A DNA stretch of 62,435 bases, counting the filler, from Sphingomonadaceae bacterium (GTDB lineage: Bacteria; Chloroflexota; UBA6077): the NCBI GenBank assembly GCA_050261575.1. It is 7 parts of 7 records of this genome, joined end to end, with 100 filler letters (N's around TTAATTAATTAA, not from the genome) between each part and the next. Parts side by side here need not be neighbours in the genome. Positions count along the whole stretch, not along the records: positions 48,115 to 54,423 come from JBLNDL010000004.1; positions 54,524 to 58,756 come from JBLNDL010000009.1; positions 58,857 to 60,200 come from JBLNDL010000011.1; positions 60,301 to 62,435 come from JBLNDL010000039.1; 3 more parts are not named here. One strand, 5' to 3'. The notes beneath the pieces were generated by a model. It was not told the DNA's origin, ran no database searches, and was given only the letters and a program-made list of their open reading frames with translations. Position 1 is the first letter of the stretch. Each line of letters starts with the position of its first letter. The translations under genes and the position numbers were made by a program. Below, piece by piece: positions 50,413 through 60,553 of the stretch.

Positions 50413-51027
50413 CTAAGGGATCGGGATCAGTCTCCTAGACCCCACACCCGATCTCCTCGCCCTGATGCCCCTCTCGTACTGCTGGCGGTAGAGGGCTGCC
50501 ACCATCCCGGCGGCCTGCCCCGTCCGCTGGGCGAAGCGCTGTCGCTTGCCCTCCTCCGCCGATAGCCCCTGCAGGGCTCGGGCGCAGGCGAAGGCCAGCA
50601 GCAGGTCCTGGTCGGCGGCCGGCACCGTCGAGATATCCCCGTCGTCGACCAACTCTGCATGGGGCGCCAGGTAGCGCAGATTCAGGGAGAGGCCCGACTC
50701 CGTGGGGGTGGGGTGCAGGATCAGCTTCCCTCCGTACAGCTCGTACCCCGATTCGTTGGCGTCGTGGCATTCCACCATCTCGTGGGGGATAGGGCCCGAC
50801 GTCACGACCCCCGCTACCGCCAGGCAGTCGGCCGGCAGGTCGTACTCCCGCTGGCCCGCCACGGTGGTTACCGTGGACTCCCGCTGGCGTGGGAGCGAGC
50901 GGCTGTAGTCCCGGACGGCGTCGTTCAGGTGAAGGTTCAGGGTGGCGTCGCTCCAGAGGTAGCCCTGCGCGGCGTTATCGTTCAACAGCACGCGCAGAAT
51001 GCTTCGCAGCTCAGCTAGAGTCGACAT
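50413..51027 (-). CDS. Putative head-tail adaptor
   Basis: TLAELR..LND..WSDATLN, GQREYDLP and LILHPTP. Confidence 0.65.
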   Translation of the reverse strand: MSTLAELRSILRVLLNDNAAQGYLWSDATLNLHLNDAVRDYSRSLPRQRESTVTTVAGQREYDLPADCLAVAGVVTSGPIPHEMVECHDANESGYELYGGKLILHPTPTESGLSLNLRYLAPHAELVDDGDISTVPAADQDLLLAFACARALQGLSAEEGKRQRFAQRTGQAAGMVAALYRQQYERGIRARRSGVGSRRLIPIP

Positions 51028-51136
51028 GGCGAACCTCCATATCGTAGTAACACGGGTGATGCACATTGGCATCACCGGCCCATCGGTAGAGGCCGGGCAC
51101 GTGAGGCTGCGTCCCTCCCAATAGGGAAAGGCATGC

Positions 51137-52567
51137 TCAACGTCCCCGCGTCCCCCCGTCCGTGCTCCCCGCCTCTTCGCCGATCCTCCGAAGCTCCTCC
51201 TCCGGGTTCTCCTCCCCCAGCCGATCCATGGCCGTGCGTCGGGAGCGCAGTCCGGCGGCCACCAGGGCCACGTTGTTGCGTACCTCCACCTCGTCGTCGG
51301 CGGGCAGCAGTGGAGGCCAGATCACCCTGGAGCGGTAGGGGGCGAAGCTGCCCAGCCCCTTCAGCTCGGCGATCCGGAGGATCTGTCGGTTCCGCTGCCG
51401 CAGCCCGGCGTTCCACCAGGTGCGCTTCCGCAGCGTCTTCTGGATAAGCGGCTGCAGTTCCGTCTCCAGGGCCACCCCGCTCAGCAGCCTGCCCGAGTCG
51501 CCGAAGGCCGTCTTGGGGGTCTCCGTCACGTCGTGGATCGCCCTCATCACCCGCTCGATGTGCTCGTGGACGGCTGGGGCCTGCCCCCGCCACTCCAGCA
51601 ACTCCACCTCCGCCCCCTCGGGTACGTCCCAGACGGTCCCCGGCCCCACTGCCAGGTTGCTGTGCTCGGTCACCCCTTTGAAGATCACCGGCGGGTCGCA
51701 GTGGAAGCGGATCACGTCGGCCACGTCGCTCATCCGCTCGTTCAACTCCCGATTGAGTGGCATCAGGTCCTTCAGATCCGAGGTGCCCCAGAACTCGTTC
51801 GCGGGCCGGACGTTCGGGATGTGGACGAAGGGGATGAAGCCGTAGGGATTGGGGGCGCGCAGCACCTCTCGATCCCCCACCGCCAGGACGAACTGGGAGG
51901 GGGTCCACTCCTCCACCACCTCCACTTCCTCCCCGACGTGCCGGCACGGAGACGCGGAGGCGCGGGGAAAGGCCCCCCTCTCCGTGCCCCCGTGTCCCCG
52001 CGGCTCCGCGTCTGCCCAGCGGCGCTCGGCCTCCTCCGCGGACAGCCGATAGACCAGGGAGACGGACAGGAGGGTGGAGGGGTCGTCGCTGGCCCAGCGG
52101 GGGAAGAAGGTGAAGGGGTCGATATTCACCACCCTTATCCCCTCCGTTCCCTGGCTCCAGCCCCCCGACCTCTGGCCCCAGAAGACCTTGAACACCGTGT
52201 CTCCCAGGATCGCCCCGTTCAGTGCCCCCTGGATGTCCACCGCCTCCAGGTCGTTCCCCTCGTAGACGCGGTAGAGCAGCTCCTCGGCGGCCGAGGCCCG
52301 GGCCTGCTCCTCGCTGGAGGGGCCGGCGGGGGGCACGGCGAAGTTGATCCCGCGCCCCAACAGGTACGACACCCCCTTATCCACGATGGCTCGGGCGTAG
52401 TTCAGCACCAGGTTGCTGCGACCGTGGCGGGGCTTCGCCCACTGCTTGCCGTCGTAGAACTCCAGGTACTCGGCATAGCGACGGAGGCGGGCCTTGTCGG
52501 CCGCCGCCAGGACCGCAGCCCGAGTGGCCGGGGCGGAAGCGGGGTTGGGCAGGGGGCGGAGGGCCAT
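51137..52567 (-). CDS. Phage portal protein (SPP1 gp6-like)
   Basis: FYDGKQW, NYARAIVDK, NPYGFIPFVH.PN and SGVALE. Confidence 0.88.
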   Translation of the reverse strand: MALRPLPNPASAPATRAAVLAAADKARLRRYAEYLEFYDGKQWAKPRHGRSNLVLNYARAIVDKGVSYLLGRGINFAVPPAGPSSEEQARASAAEELLYRVYEGNDLEAVDIQGALNGAILGDTVFKVFWGQRSGGWSQGTEGIRVVNIDPFTFFPRWASDDPSTLLSVSLVYRLSAEEAERRWADAEPRGHGGTERGAFPRASASPCRHVGEEVEVVEEWTPSQFVLAVGDREVLRAPNPYGFIPFVHIPNVRPANEFWGTSDLKDLMPLNRELNERMSDVADVIRFHCDPPVIFKGVTEHSNLAVGPGTVWDVPEGAEVELLEWRGQAPAVHEHIERVMRAIHDVTETPKTAFGDSGRLLSGVALETELQPLIQKTLRKRTWWNAGLRQRNRQILRIAELKGLGSFAPYRSRVIWPPLLPADDEVEVRNNVALVAAGLRSRRTAMDRLGEENPEEELRRIGEEAGSTDGGTRGR

Positions 52568-52764
52568 CACAGCCCTCCGGCGAGGAAGAGGAGGAATAGG
52601 GTGGAGCCGACACACAGCAGCAGCCCCAGCAGGCCCTCCGCCATCTCTCGGATCTGGTAGCCGGCCTCTTCAGCGATCGGGATCTCGCCGTATTGCCTCA
52701 TCCTGTTCCATCTCCTTTCGGTAGGTAGCAGCCCGTGACATCGGAACCACAGCTCTTGGTTCAT
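52567..52764 (-). CDS. Small protein with C-terminal TM helix
   Basis: SD AGGAG and TGATG coupling to the portal gene. Confidence 0.65.
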   Translation of the reverse strand: MNQELWFRCHGLLPTERRWNRMRQYGEIPIAEEAGYQIREMAEGLLGLLLCVGSTLFLLFLAGGL

Positions 52765-52823
52765 GGATGGCTCCTGGGATCGTTCCGCCCTTCCCGGGTC
52801 GCGCGGCGTCGGCCGCTCGGGTA

Positions 52824-52839
52824 TAGAACGTTTGTTCTA
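52824..52839. promoter_or_regulatory. LexA (SOS) box inside the phage-like cluster
   Basis: TAGAAC-GTTT-GTTCTA in the terminase-portal intergenic region. Confidence 0.8.
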
Positions 52840-52992
52840 GTAGCTTCCGAAGGTATACGCCAGCGCGGGGTGGCTTTTGTCCGGCAGTTGGAGCGCGATC
52901 GGCCGGAGGTGCACTACGACGCCACGAACGGCACGATGCAGGGGATCCCGTTGGGAGGCGGGCTGAAGGAGCTGCTGGATCGAACTATCAAG

Positions 52993-54423
52993 CTACATCG
53001 TGGGCTGCGCCCTCCGCCCCGTGGCCCTGCGGACGGCGGCCATCCCCGCTGCCTGGACGGCCAGCGCCGCCGACATCAGGAAGTCGTCGTGGCCACGCTC
53101 GGGCGGGACGTAGAAGTCCATCGCCTGGTTCGCCCCCACGGTGTAGCGGGCCTGCTCCGCCTGCAGCCAGAACTCCCGGCTCTCAGGGGAGCCATCCTCG
53201 CGGTACAGCTTGAAGCGGCCGGCGTTGACCGCGCCCAGGAAGTCGTAGGCCAGCCTCGACTTGCTGGGGGCGGAGAAGACGAAGGGCACCACCACCTGCC
53301 GCCCGAGGGCCGAGACGAGGAAGCCCGCCACCCCGGCTCCCACGCCCGTGGCGTCCACCACCACCTTGCGGCAGTCCCAGACGTTCCGCAGCAGGTCCAC
53401 CATCTGGACGTACTGGTCGCGGTGCTTCCGGCCCGTCCAGTAGTAGTGCTCCACCACCTTCAGCCGCGGCTCCAACACCAGGTTGGAGACGAGGGACCAG
53501 TCCAGCTCCGCGACGGTGATGACGGTGGAGTCCTTGCGAGGCTTGAGGGCCCGGAGGGCGGCGTCGGCCGCCTCCTCGTCCTCCCCGGCGAGGTCGATCC
53601 CCGCCACGTACTCCCGCCCCGCCGTGGCGCTGTGCTGGCGGGGGTGGTCGCCCCGCATCTGGGCCCGCTGCTGGTCGCTCAGGAAGCCTGAGGCCCCGGC
53701 GATGGTCTCGAGCAGGTACTGGGTGCGGAGGATCGGATGGCCGTCCCCCAGGCGGGCGATCTCCGCCTCCACGTAGCGGCGGTAGTCCGGGTTGAAGGCG
53801 GCGACCCTCCGCCAGTCGTACTGGAAGTGGCGGCGTACCCCGTCCTGGGCCTCCATGGCGAGGTTCACCTCCTTCTGCTGCTCGAGCAAGGTGTCGGCGG
53901 TCCACGCCGTCCCGTAGAGGACGGTGGTGACGTTGGTGGTCGCGCCCATGGGGCGGAACTCTTTGGCGTACTTCTCGGCGCTCACGTCCTGCGCCTCGTC
54001 CACCTCCAGCAGCAGGTGCGCGGTTGCGCCCACCACGTTGGCCGACTCCTCCGCCGAGAAGAACATCACGGATGCGTTCCCCAGGGAGACGATGTAACCG
54101 TAGCTGGACCTCCACCTGCCGCGGTTCCATTCGTTCTCCAGGGCCTGCTGCAGCCGCAGCTTGGAGTTGACGATCTGGGGTTTGAAGGTGGGGGCGCACT
54201 TGACGATGTTTCCGCCCCGCCGCTGGAAGAGGTTGAGGAGGTACAGCTCCAACTGCGCGCTCAACTCGTTCTTCCCCGCCTGCCTGGCCATCATGACGGT
54301 GAAGGTGAGCCCCTTGCGGTGGAGGACCGAGTCCAGGATTGCCCGTGCCGGCTCCAGTTGGTAGGGACGCAGGGGCCTGCCGACCACGTAGCGGCTGAAC
54401 AGGCCTAGGTCGGTGAGCAGCCG
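52993..54423 (-). CDS. Terminase large subunit (5' end cut by the gap)
   Basis: ARQAGKNE, LLEVDEAQ, AGIDLAG, DATGVG and HDDF. Confidence 0.9.
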   Translation of the reverse strand, partial: RLLTDLGLFSRYVVGRPLRPYQLEPARAILDSVLHRKGLTFTVMMARQAGKNELSAQLELYLLNLFQRRGGNIVKCAPTFKPQIVNSKLRLQQALENEWNRGRWRSSYGYIVSLGNASVMFFSAEESANVVGATAHLLLEVDEAQDVSAEKYAKEFRPMGATTNVTTVLYGTAWTADTLLEQQKEVNLAMEAQDGVRRHFQYDWRRVAAFNPDYRRYVEAEIARLGDGHPILRTQYLLETIAGASGFLSDQQRAQMRGDHPRQHSATAGREYVAGIDLAGEDEEAADAALRALKPRKDSTVITVAELDWSLVSNLVLEPRLKVVEHYYWTGRKHRDQYVQMVDLLRNVWDCRKVVVDATGVGAGVAGFLVSALGRQVVVPFVFSAPSKSRLAYDFLGAVNAGRFKLYREDGSPESREFWLQAEQARYTVGANQAMDFYVPPERGHDDFLMSAALAVQAAGMAAVRRATGRRAQPTM

Positions 54424-54523
54424 NNNNNNNNNNNNNNNNNNNNNNNNNNNNNNNNNNNNNNNNNNNNTTAATTAATTAANNNNNNNNNNNNNNNNNNNNN
54501 NNNNNNNNNNNNNNNNNNNNNNN

Positions 54524-54711
54524 GCCTCGTTGGTGATGGAGTAGCCGGTGGGGCTGGTGCCTAGGGGCGAGCCGTTGGCCTGGGTGTAGAAGTGGCCGCC
54601 GGGGATGTCGTAGTCCAGGTCGCCGGGGGCCGCCCCGACGGGCGATGGGGCCGCCAGCATGAGGGGTAGCGCCAGGATGAGGGTGAGCAGTAGGTGAAGT
54701 CTCTTCAAAGC
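54524..54711 (-). CDS. Secreted protein, N-terminal fragment
   Basis: SD AAGGAG, TTG start and signal peptide. Confidence 0.6.
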
Positions 54712-54872
54712 ATTCTCCTTTCCAGTGATGTCTGAGGGTAGGTCGCGGACCGGGCGGGCGAGAGGCCTGCGCTTCCGGGACATCGGGGCCGGGTCGCAGC
54801 GGACGGCCGACCCGAGCGAGCGAAGCCGTACGGGTGGCCCACCCTACAGCATCGAATTGCGGTACGAAGCAG

Positions 54873-56849
54873 TCAGGGTTCTGCGACGCCTGGCGTCGGT
54901 GTCGGCGTCTCCACGCCTTCCGGAAAGCTCTGCCAGCTACCGTCCCGATAGAGGACGTAGATGACCCGGTCGCTCGTCCGCAGCATGTGGCCGTCCGTGA
55001 ACTCCTGAGCGGCTCCCGGCAAGCGCTGCTCGACAGCCGTCGCCCAGCCAAAGGACTGGCGAAGGTCTGGCTGCTGGCGCCACAGTTTGCCGAAACCCCT
55101 GAGGGGCGCCAGCAGCCCGATGGGAGCCGCTTCCTCGCTCAGTGGCTCGCCTTCCTCCCAGCTATCGCGGTAGAGCAGCCAGCTTCCGTCTCGACGGAGG
55201 GCGAAGATCTCCCGCGTGTCGGCACGCGACAGCAGCATCCCCCGCTCGAAGGTTTGTCGTGCCACCCGGACCGGGACCTCCGGCGTTCTGGCTGCGCCGA
55301 GGCGTATGGCCACCTCGGGATTGACTCGGAAGACGGAGTCGAGGGCAGGGGCCGGCCCGACGGTGGGAGTGGCCGTGGCCGGCGACGGCGTAGGTATCAC
55401 CGCTTGGGGTGTGTCTGTGGCCGACGGAACGGGTGTTGGCGTCGTGGTGGCCTCGGCCGGCGTGCCCGCGGAGGTAGCAGATGGTTCGGCAGTCGCCGTG
55501 GGGCTGGGCGTCGCCGGCACCGTCGCCGTCGGCGACGCCGGTGTGGGTGTGGCATCGGTCGGCGTGGGCGTGGCCGACGCCGTGGGCGACGCGGTGGGTG
55601 TCGCCTCCTGGTAGGTATCCGGATACTGTTCCCAGGTCATGTCCTCGAACAGGACGACGATCGTACGCTGCGCGGTCCGGAGCATCGTGCCTCGCTCGAA
55701 CCTCTGCTCCGCGCCCTCGAACTGCTGCTCGGGTGCCGTGGGCATCCCTAGAGCCTGGCGAAGATCGGTCTGGTCCCGCCACAGCTTGCCGAAGGAGCGG
55801 ACCGGCTCACCCGAGCCTGGCGTCCAGCTCTCGGTGCCATCGTAGGTGTCGGGATAGCTGCGCCACTGCGAACCCTCCAGTAGCGCCACGATCTCCTTGC
55901 GGTCGGCTCGCGATATCAACTGGCCTCGCTCGAAGGTCTGGGCCAGTAGAGTTACGGGCCGCTCGGGATCGTAGGCGGGGCCGAGCCTCGCCGCCACGTC
56001 GGGCTGGAGCAGGTACAGGGCTCCGAAGCCCCTGGCGGGCAGCACGGTCGGGCGCGGTGTGGCCGTGAGGGCCGGAGCGCCCCCGGGCGAAAGCGTGGCC
56101 GCGGCGGTAGCCGATGCGGTGGCCGATGCCTTGGGTGTGGCCGTGCCGGTCCCGACGACTCTGCTCGCGGGAGGGCTGGTCGGGGCAGGCTGAGTGGCCA
56201 GGGGCACGGGGGTGCTCGGCACCTCTCCTTGGAACTGCAGCGCGACCGGAGTCGCGGCACTCTGCTCCCCCTTGGGCTTCAGGCTGAGGGTGTACTTCTT
56301 GGAGGGCTGCAGTAGCTGAGGCTGGCGGGGCTTCACCACCATAGTCCTGTCGTTCCGCCAGGTGACCTCCATCTCGACCCCCGGATCGACCTGGAGCGAG
56401 CGGGCCACGCTGTCCCTGTCTACCGGGGCGGTGAACTGCACCTCGATGGCCGGCTCGCCATGCTCCTCGTAGAGGTAGGCGGCGGCGACAAGCGGGCCGG
56501 AGCCGCTGTCGAGGATGGGTATACCCGCTAGCAGCAGGGTCATCGCCAGGCCCGCCAGCACGGCCGCGGCCATCGCCGGCCGGGGCAGCCAGAGTTGGGG
56601 AAGTGGCAGCCGGCGCCGCGGGGCCGAATGCTCCCGCAGCAGCGCGCGGACCCGGACGTCCAGGGTGAGTGGGACCGGCACATCCTCGCCCTCCCGAAGG
56701 GCGTCGCCGAGCCAGCCGTAGTCCTCCAGCCGCTCCCGGCAGGAGCGGCAGACGGACAGGTGCTCCTCGACCCGGCGACGGTCCGCTTCATCCAGGGCGC
56801 CGTCGTGGTAGGCCGAGAGATCGACTGGATCGATGGGGTGCGGAGTCAT
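54873..56849 (-). CDS. Zinc-binding anti-sigma factor with TM helix, Ig-like domain and extracellular repeats
   Basis: LSAYHDGAL..HLSVCRSC (ZAS motif), repeated FGKLWR and xQxFERG units, Pro/Thr linkers. Confidence 0.88.
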   Translation of the reverse strand: MTPHPIDPVDLSAYHDGALDEADRRRVEEHLSVCRSCRERLEDYGWLGDALREGEDVPVPLTLDVRVRALLREHSAPRRRLPLPQLWLPRPAMAAAVLAGLAMTLLLAGIPILDSGSGPLVAAAYLYEEHGEPAIEVQFTAPVDRDSVARSLQVDPGVEMEVTWRNDRTMVVKPRQPQLLQPSKKYTLSLKPKGEQSAATPVALQFQGEVPSTPVPLATQPAPTSPPASRVVGTGTATPKASATASATAAATLSPGGAPALTATPRPTVLPARGFGALYLLQPDVAARLGPAYDPERPVTLLAQTFERGQLISRADRKEIVALLEGSQWRSYPDTYDGTESWTPGSGEPVRSFGKLWRDQTDLRQALGMPTAPEQQFEGAEQRFERGTMLRTAQRTIVVLFEDMTWEQYPDTYQEATPTASPTASATPTPTDATPTPASPTATVPATPSPTATAEPSATSAGTPAEATTTPTPVPSATDTPQAVIPTPSPATATPTVGPAPALDSVFRVNPEVAIRLGAARTPEVPVRVARQTFERGMLLSRADTREIFALRRDGSWLLYRDSWEEGEPLSEEAAPIGLLAPLRGFGKLWRQQPDLRQSFGWATAVEQRLPGAAQEFTDGHMLRTSDRVIYVLYRDGSWQSFPEGVETPTPTPGVAEP

Positions 56850-57484
56850 ATCGATGCCCTCACCAGGGACTCCCCTTCCGTCTGCAGCGGGTTCGCGTCG
56901 GCCCGAGTCCCCTTGCCTTTGGACCCGATCGGGGGCTCGCCCCCGATCTGCAGGTAGGCGTTGCGCAGCTTCTCCCGAGCGCGGAACAGGGTCATCTTGG
57001 CGCCGTCGCGAGTGGTGCCCAGCGCTTTGCCCACCTCCTCGTTCGATAGGCCGTAGCACTCCCGCATAACCAGCGCGGCCCTATCCCGAGGTGACAGCTT
57101 GGCCAATGCGGCCTGCACCAGATCAGCCTTCTCGTGGCGAAGCACTTCTTTCTCCGGGTCGTCGGGCGCCACCTGGCTGGGATGGAAAAGGTTGACGAAC
57201 GCCTCCCACGGTCGCCACTGGACCCGCTGCCGCTTTCGCAGCTCATCCAGGCAGCAGTTCGTGGCGATCCGAAACAGCCAGGGTCGCAGCTCGTTTTCGG
57301 GCGGCCTTCGCTCCCATGCGCGCAGCGCCTTCTCGAAGACTGTCACGGTCAGGTCCTCGGCGTCGGTCTCGTTGCCGATCATCCGCTGGACGTGGCCGAA
57401 TATGGCCGTTCGATAGGTGAGGTATGCCTCTTCGAAGCCCTCGTGCCTGGAGGTGTCGTTGTCACGCCGATCTTTCGGGACCAG
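56846..57484 (-). CDS. ECF sigma factor, probable CTG start
   Basis: DAEDL, WLFRIATNCCLDELRK and region-4 HTH. ATGA coupling to the anti-sigma gene. Confidence 0.92.
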   Translation of the reverse strand: MVPKDRRDNDTSRHEGFEEAYLTYRTAIFGHVQRMIGNETDAEDLTVTVFEKALRAWERRPPENELRPWLFRIATNCCLDELRKRQRVQWRPWEAFVNLFHPSQVAPDDPEKEVLRHEKADLVQAALAKLSPRDRAALVMRECYGLSNEEVGKALGTTRDGAKMTLFRAREKLRNAYLQIGGEPPIGSKGKGTRADANPLQTEGESLVRASI

Positions 57485-58019
57485 TCTCGATGCTCCTCCA
57501 GTCGAAGTGATGGACCTCCCCGAGGAGCCGCCTCACTCCTACGCAGACGACGCCGTGCCGGAAACCCGCGTGCACACCCACAACGAAGGAGGGGGCAAAA
57601 GGGTAACACTCCGTCGTCTTTCCCGGCGGTGCGCTGCCCGTGGAGCCCACTCGAGGACCCTTACCACGAAGACACGAAGGACACGAAGAAGCACGCTCAG
57701 GGATCCCGGATGCTGACAGGGTATGCTCCCGTGTCGTGGTGTCTCGGCGGTTGACGGGCAGGCTATTCGAGGAGATGCCTCCGATGCAGATGACCTAGCC
57801 TAACTTGCAGGGCTGGGCCAGTCAAGCTGGATAACGGGGCGACCCCGCTCCCGTTACGCTGGGTTCAGGGTTCCGCACGCCGTCGAGTGGCGGCGTTCCG
57901 AATTCCTCGCGCGCCCGACTTCGCGGTCGGTTTTCCCGAAACGCTTCTGCTATCGCTGCGTTGTCTCGGGTGAAGCAACGCTGTGGCGTCGCGATCATCA
58001 GCGGAAAGGAGTCGAGAGG

Positions 58020-58756
58020 ATGAGAAGGAGACTCGGAAGGTGGCGGCCCCGACGCCTTCTGGGAGCGTTGGGGATGGCCGCCGCGGTTGTCGTCCTGGGA
58101 GCCTCCGTCAGCGCCCAGGTAGCCGTGATGGAGTGGGGTGTGCCCACGGCCAATAGCCAACCATCGAATCTGGCCACCGATCTGGCCGGCAACGTGTGGT
58201 TCACGGAGGCGGCAGGCAACAAGATCGGCAGGGTCAGCCCTAACGGGGTGTTCCAGGAGTTCGAGGTCCCCACGGCAGCGAGCCAGCCTTGGGGCATCGC
58301 CGTCGATGCCAACGGAAGGATCTGGTTCACCGAGCACGCCGGCAACAAGATCGGCAACATGACCCCTCAGGGGGTCTTCGGCCAGGACAACATCCACACC
58401 GCCAACGCCAAGCCGACGGGCCTCGCGATCGATAGCTCCGGCAACGTCTGGTTCGCCGAGTCCGGCGCGAACAAGATCGGCAAGTTCAACGTCTCCAACT
58501 CCAGCTTCGAGGAGAAGGAGATCCCCACGTCCGACAGCCAGCCCTGGGCCGTGGCGGTGGACTCCTCCGGCAACGTGTGGTTCACCGAGCGCTCCGCAAA
58601 CAAGATCGGCCGGCTCAGCCCCTCCGGACAGTTCGCCGAGTACGGGATCCCCACCTCGGGGAGCGGACCCACCGGCATCGCCATCGACGGCTCGGGGAAC
58701 GTGTGGTTCGCGGAGTACGACGGGAACAAGATCGGGATGATGACCCCCGGCGGGAG
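58020..58756 (+). CDS. Secreted Vgb-like beta-propeller protein (partial)
   Basis: Repeats of P.GIA.D..GNVWF.E...NKIG. Confidence 0.88.
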
Positions 58757-58856
58757 NNNNNNNNNNNNNNNNNNNNNNNNNNNNNNNNNNNNNNNNNNNN
58801 TTAATTAATTAANNNNNNNNNNNNNNNNNNNNNNNNNNNNNNNNNNNNNNNNNNNN

Positions 58857-58926
58857 GCCCCACGAAGCAGGGTGGTAGCACGAGCCGGGCTCCTCGTCCC
58901 TAGCGGGACGGGAGCCCTTGTTGTTG
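58857..58926 (+). promoter_or_regulatory. T-box antiterminator/terminator upstream of metX (partial)
   Basis: AGGGTGGTAGCACGAG..CTCGTCCCT plus hairpin GGGCTCCTCGTCCC/GGGACGGGAGCCC followed by TTGTTGTT. Confidence 0.8.
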
Positions 58927-58947
58927 CAGTCCCATTGGAAGGCAGGC

Positions 58948-60156
58948 GTGATGATAGCTGAAGCAGGATCCGCGGGAATAGTCAGAACCCGATACTTCAC
59001 CTTCGGCGAGCCGCCCAACGAGATGCTGCTGGACTCGGGAGAGAAGCTAGGCCCCATCACCCTGGCCTACGAGACCTACGGACAGCTCGATCCGGACAGG
59101 AGCAACGCCATCCTCATCTGCCACGCTCTCTCCGGCGACGCCCACGCCGCTGGCATCAGCGCCGACGACGACGGCGTGAGCGCCGCGGACACGGGTTTCG
59201 GCGCCAAGCAGGACGGCTCCGTCGATCGAAAGAGACTCGGCTGGTGGGACAACGTCATCGGCCCGGGCAAGGCGTTCGACACCGACCGCTACTTCGTGAT
59301 TTGCTCGAACGTCCTGGGTGGCTGCCGGGGGTCCACTGGGCCCAGCTCCATCAACCCGGCCACTGGCCGGCCCTACGGCCTCAGCTTCCCTGTTGTGACC
59401 GTGGGCGATATGGTGCGCGCCCAGAAGAAGCTGCTGGAGCACCTGGGGATCGAGCGGCTGCTGGCAGTCGCCGGGGGCTCGCTGGGCGGCATGCAGGCCC
59501 TCCAGTGGGCCGTGGCTTACCCCGACGCGGTTCGGGCCTGCATTCCCATCGCCACCACCGCGCGGCTCTCCGCCCAGGGCATAGCGTTCAACGAGGTGGG
59601 CCGGCAGGCGATCATGGCCGACCAGAACTGGCATGGGGGCGACTACTACGGCAGGAACTCCCCCCTGCCCGGCCTGGCCGTGGCCCGCATGCTCGGCCAC
59701 ATCACCTACCTGAGCGACGAGGCGATGCACCTCAAGTTCGGGCGAAGGCTGCGCAACCGAGAGCGGTACGGCTTCGACTTCTCCACCGATTTCGAGGTGG
59801 AGAGCTACCTGCGATATCAGGGCGACAGCTTCGTCCGCCGTTTCGACGCAAACAGCTACCTGTACATCACGAAGGCGATAGACTACTTCGACCTCGCCAA
59901 CGGCCACGGCGGGCTGGGAGTGGCATTCAGGAACGTTCGCGCCCGCTTCCTGGTGATCTCCTTCAGCTCGGACTGGCTCTACCCGCCCTACCAGTCCAAG
60001 GAGATCGTGAAGGCTCTCAAGGTGAACGGCATCGACGTCAGCTACTGCGAGATCCCCTCCACCTACGGCCACGACGCCTTCCTGCTGGAGGAGGAGGCCC
60101 AAACCCCGCTGATCCGAGGGTTCCTCGCCTATACGAAGAGTGGAAAGGCACGCTAG
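58948..60156 (+). CDS. metX: Homoserine O-acyltransferase
   Basis: [24 protein letters not shown] and GHDAFL. Confidence 0.96.
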   Translation: MMIAEAGSAGIVRTRYFTFGEPPNEMLLDSGEKLGPITLAYETYGQLDPDRSNAILICHALSGDAHAAGISADDDGVSAADTGFGAKQDGSVDRKRLGWWDNVIGPGKAFDTDRYFVICSNVLGGCRGSTGPSSINPATGRPYGLSFPVVTVGDMVRAQKKLLEHLGIERLLAVAGGSLGGMQALQWAVAYPDAVRACIPIATTARLSAQGIAFNEVGRQAIMADQNWHGGDYYGRNSPLPGLAVARMLGHITYLSDEAMHLKFGRRLRNRERYGFDFSTDFEVESYLRYQGDSFVRRFDANSYLYITKAIDYFDLANGHGGLGVAFRNVRARFLVISFSSDWLYPPYQSKEIVKALKVNGIDVSYCEIPSTYGHDAFLLEEEAQTPLIRGFLAYTKSGKAR

Positions 60157-60553
60157 CCGATGGTGACTAAACTGGACGACGAGATTGCGATACCGGTTCT
60201 NNNNNNNNNNNNNNNNNNNNNNNNNNNNNNNNNNNNNNNNNNNNTTAATTAATTAANNNNNNNNNNNNNNNNNNNNNNNNNNNNNNNNNNNNNNNNNNNN
60301 GGTGGTCCATCGCCAACGCCGACGGCTCCGATCGGCCAGCCTACACCCAGCTAAAGCAGGCCCGCCAGAGCGGCTACCTCCCCTAGCCCCCCACCTAACA
60401 GCAAGGGCGAAGCTTCCCGGCCGTGCCGGGAAGCTTCGCCCTAAGGGCTGCCCGGAGTGCGGCGCCCAGCGCCCCCCCCCCCGCCCCCGCCCCCCCCCCC
60501 CCCCCCGCGCGGCCGGCCCGCGGCGCCCCCCCCCCCCCCGGGACTCTGTCGGG

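Larger units (their letters stand above)
48115..54423 (-). mobile_element. Phage-like head morphogenesis cluster (prophage or GTA-like), fills the contig
   Basis: Terminase, portal, adaptor-like, scaffold-like, capsid and decoration-like genes on one strand. Confidence 0.88.

Noticed and set aside
60462..60541. Poly-C/G tracts as G-quadruplex or Pro-rich ORF (also 47945-48014)
   Set aside because: Located near contig ends and probably low-quality base calls.
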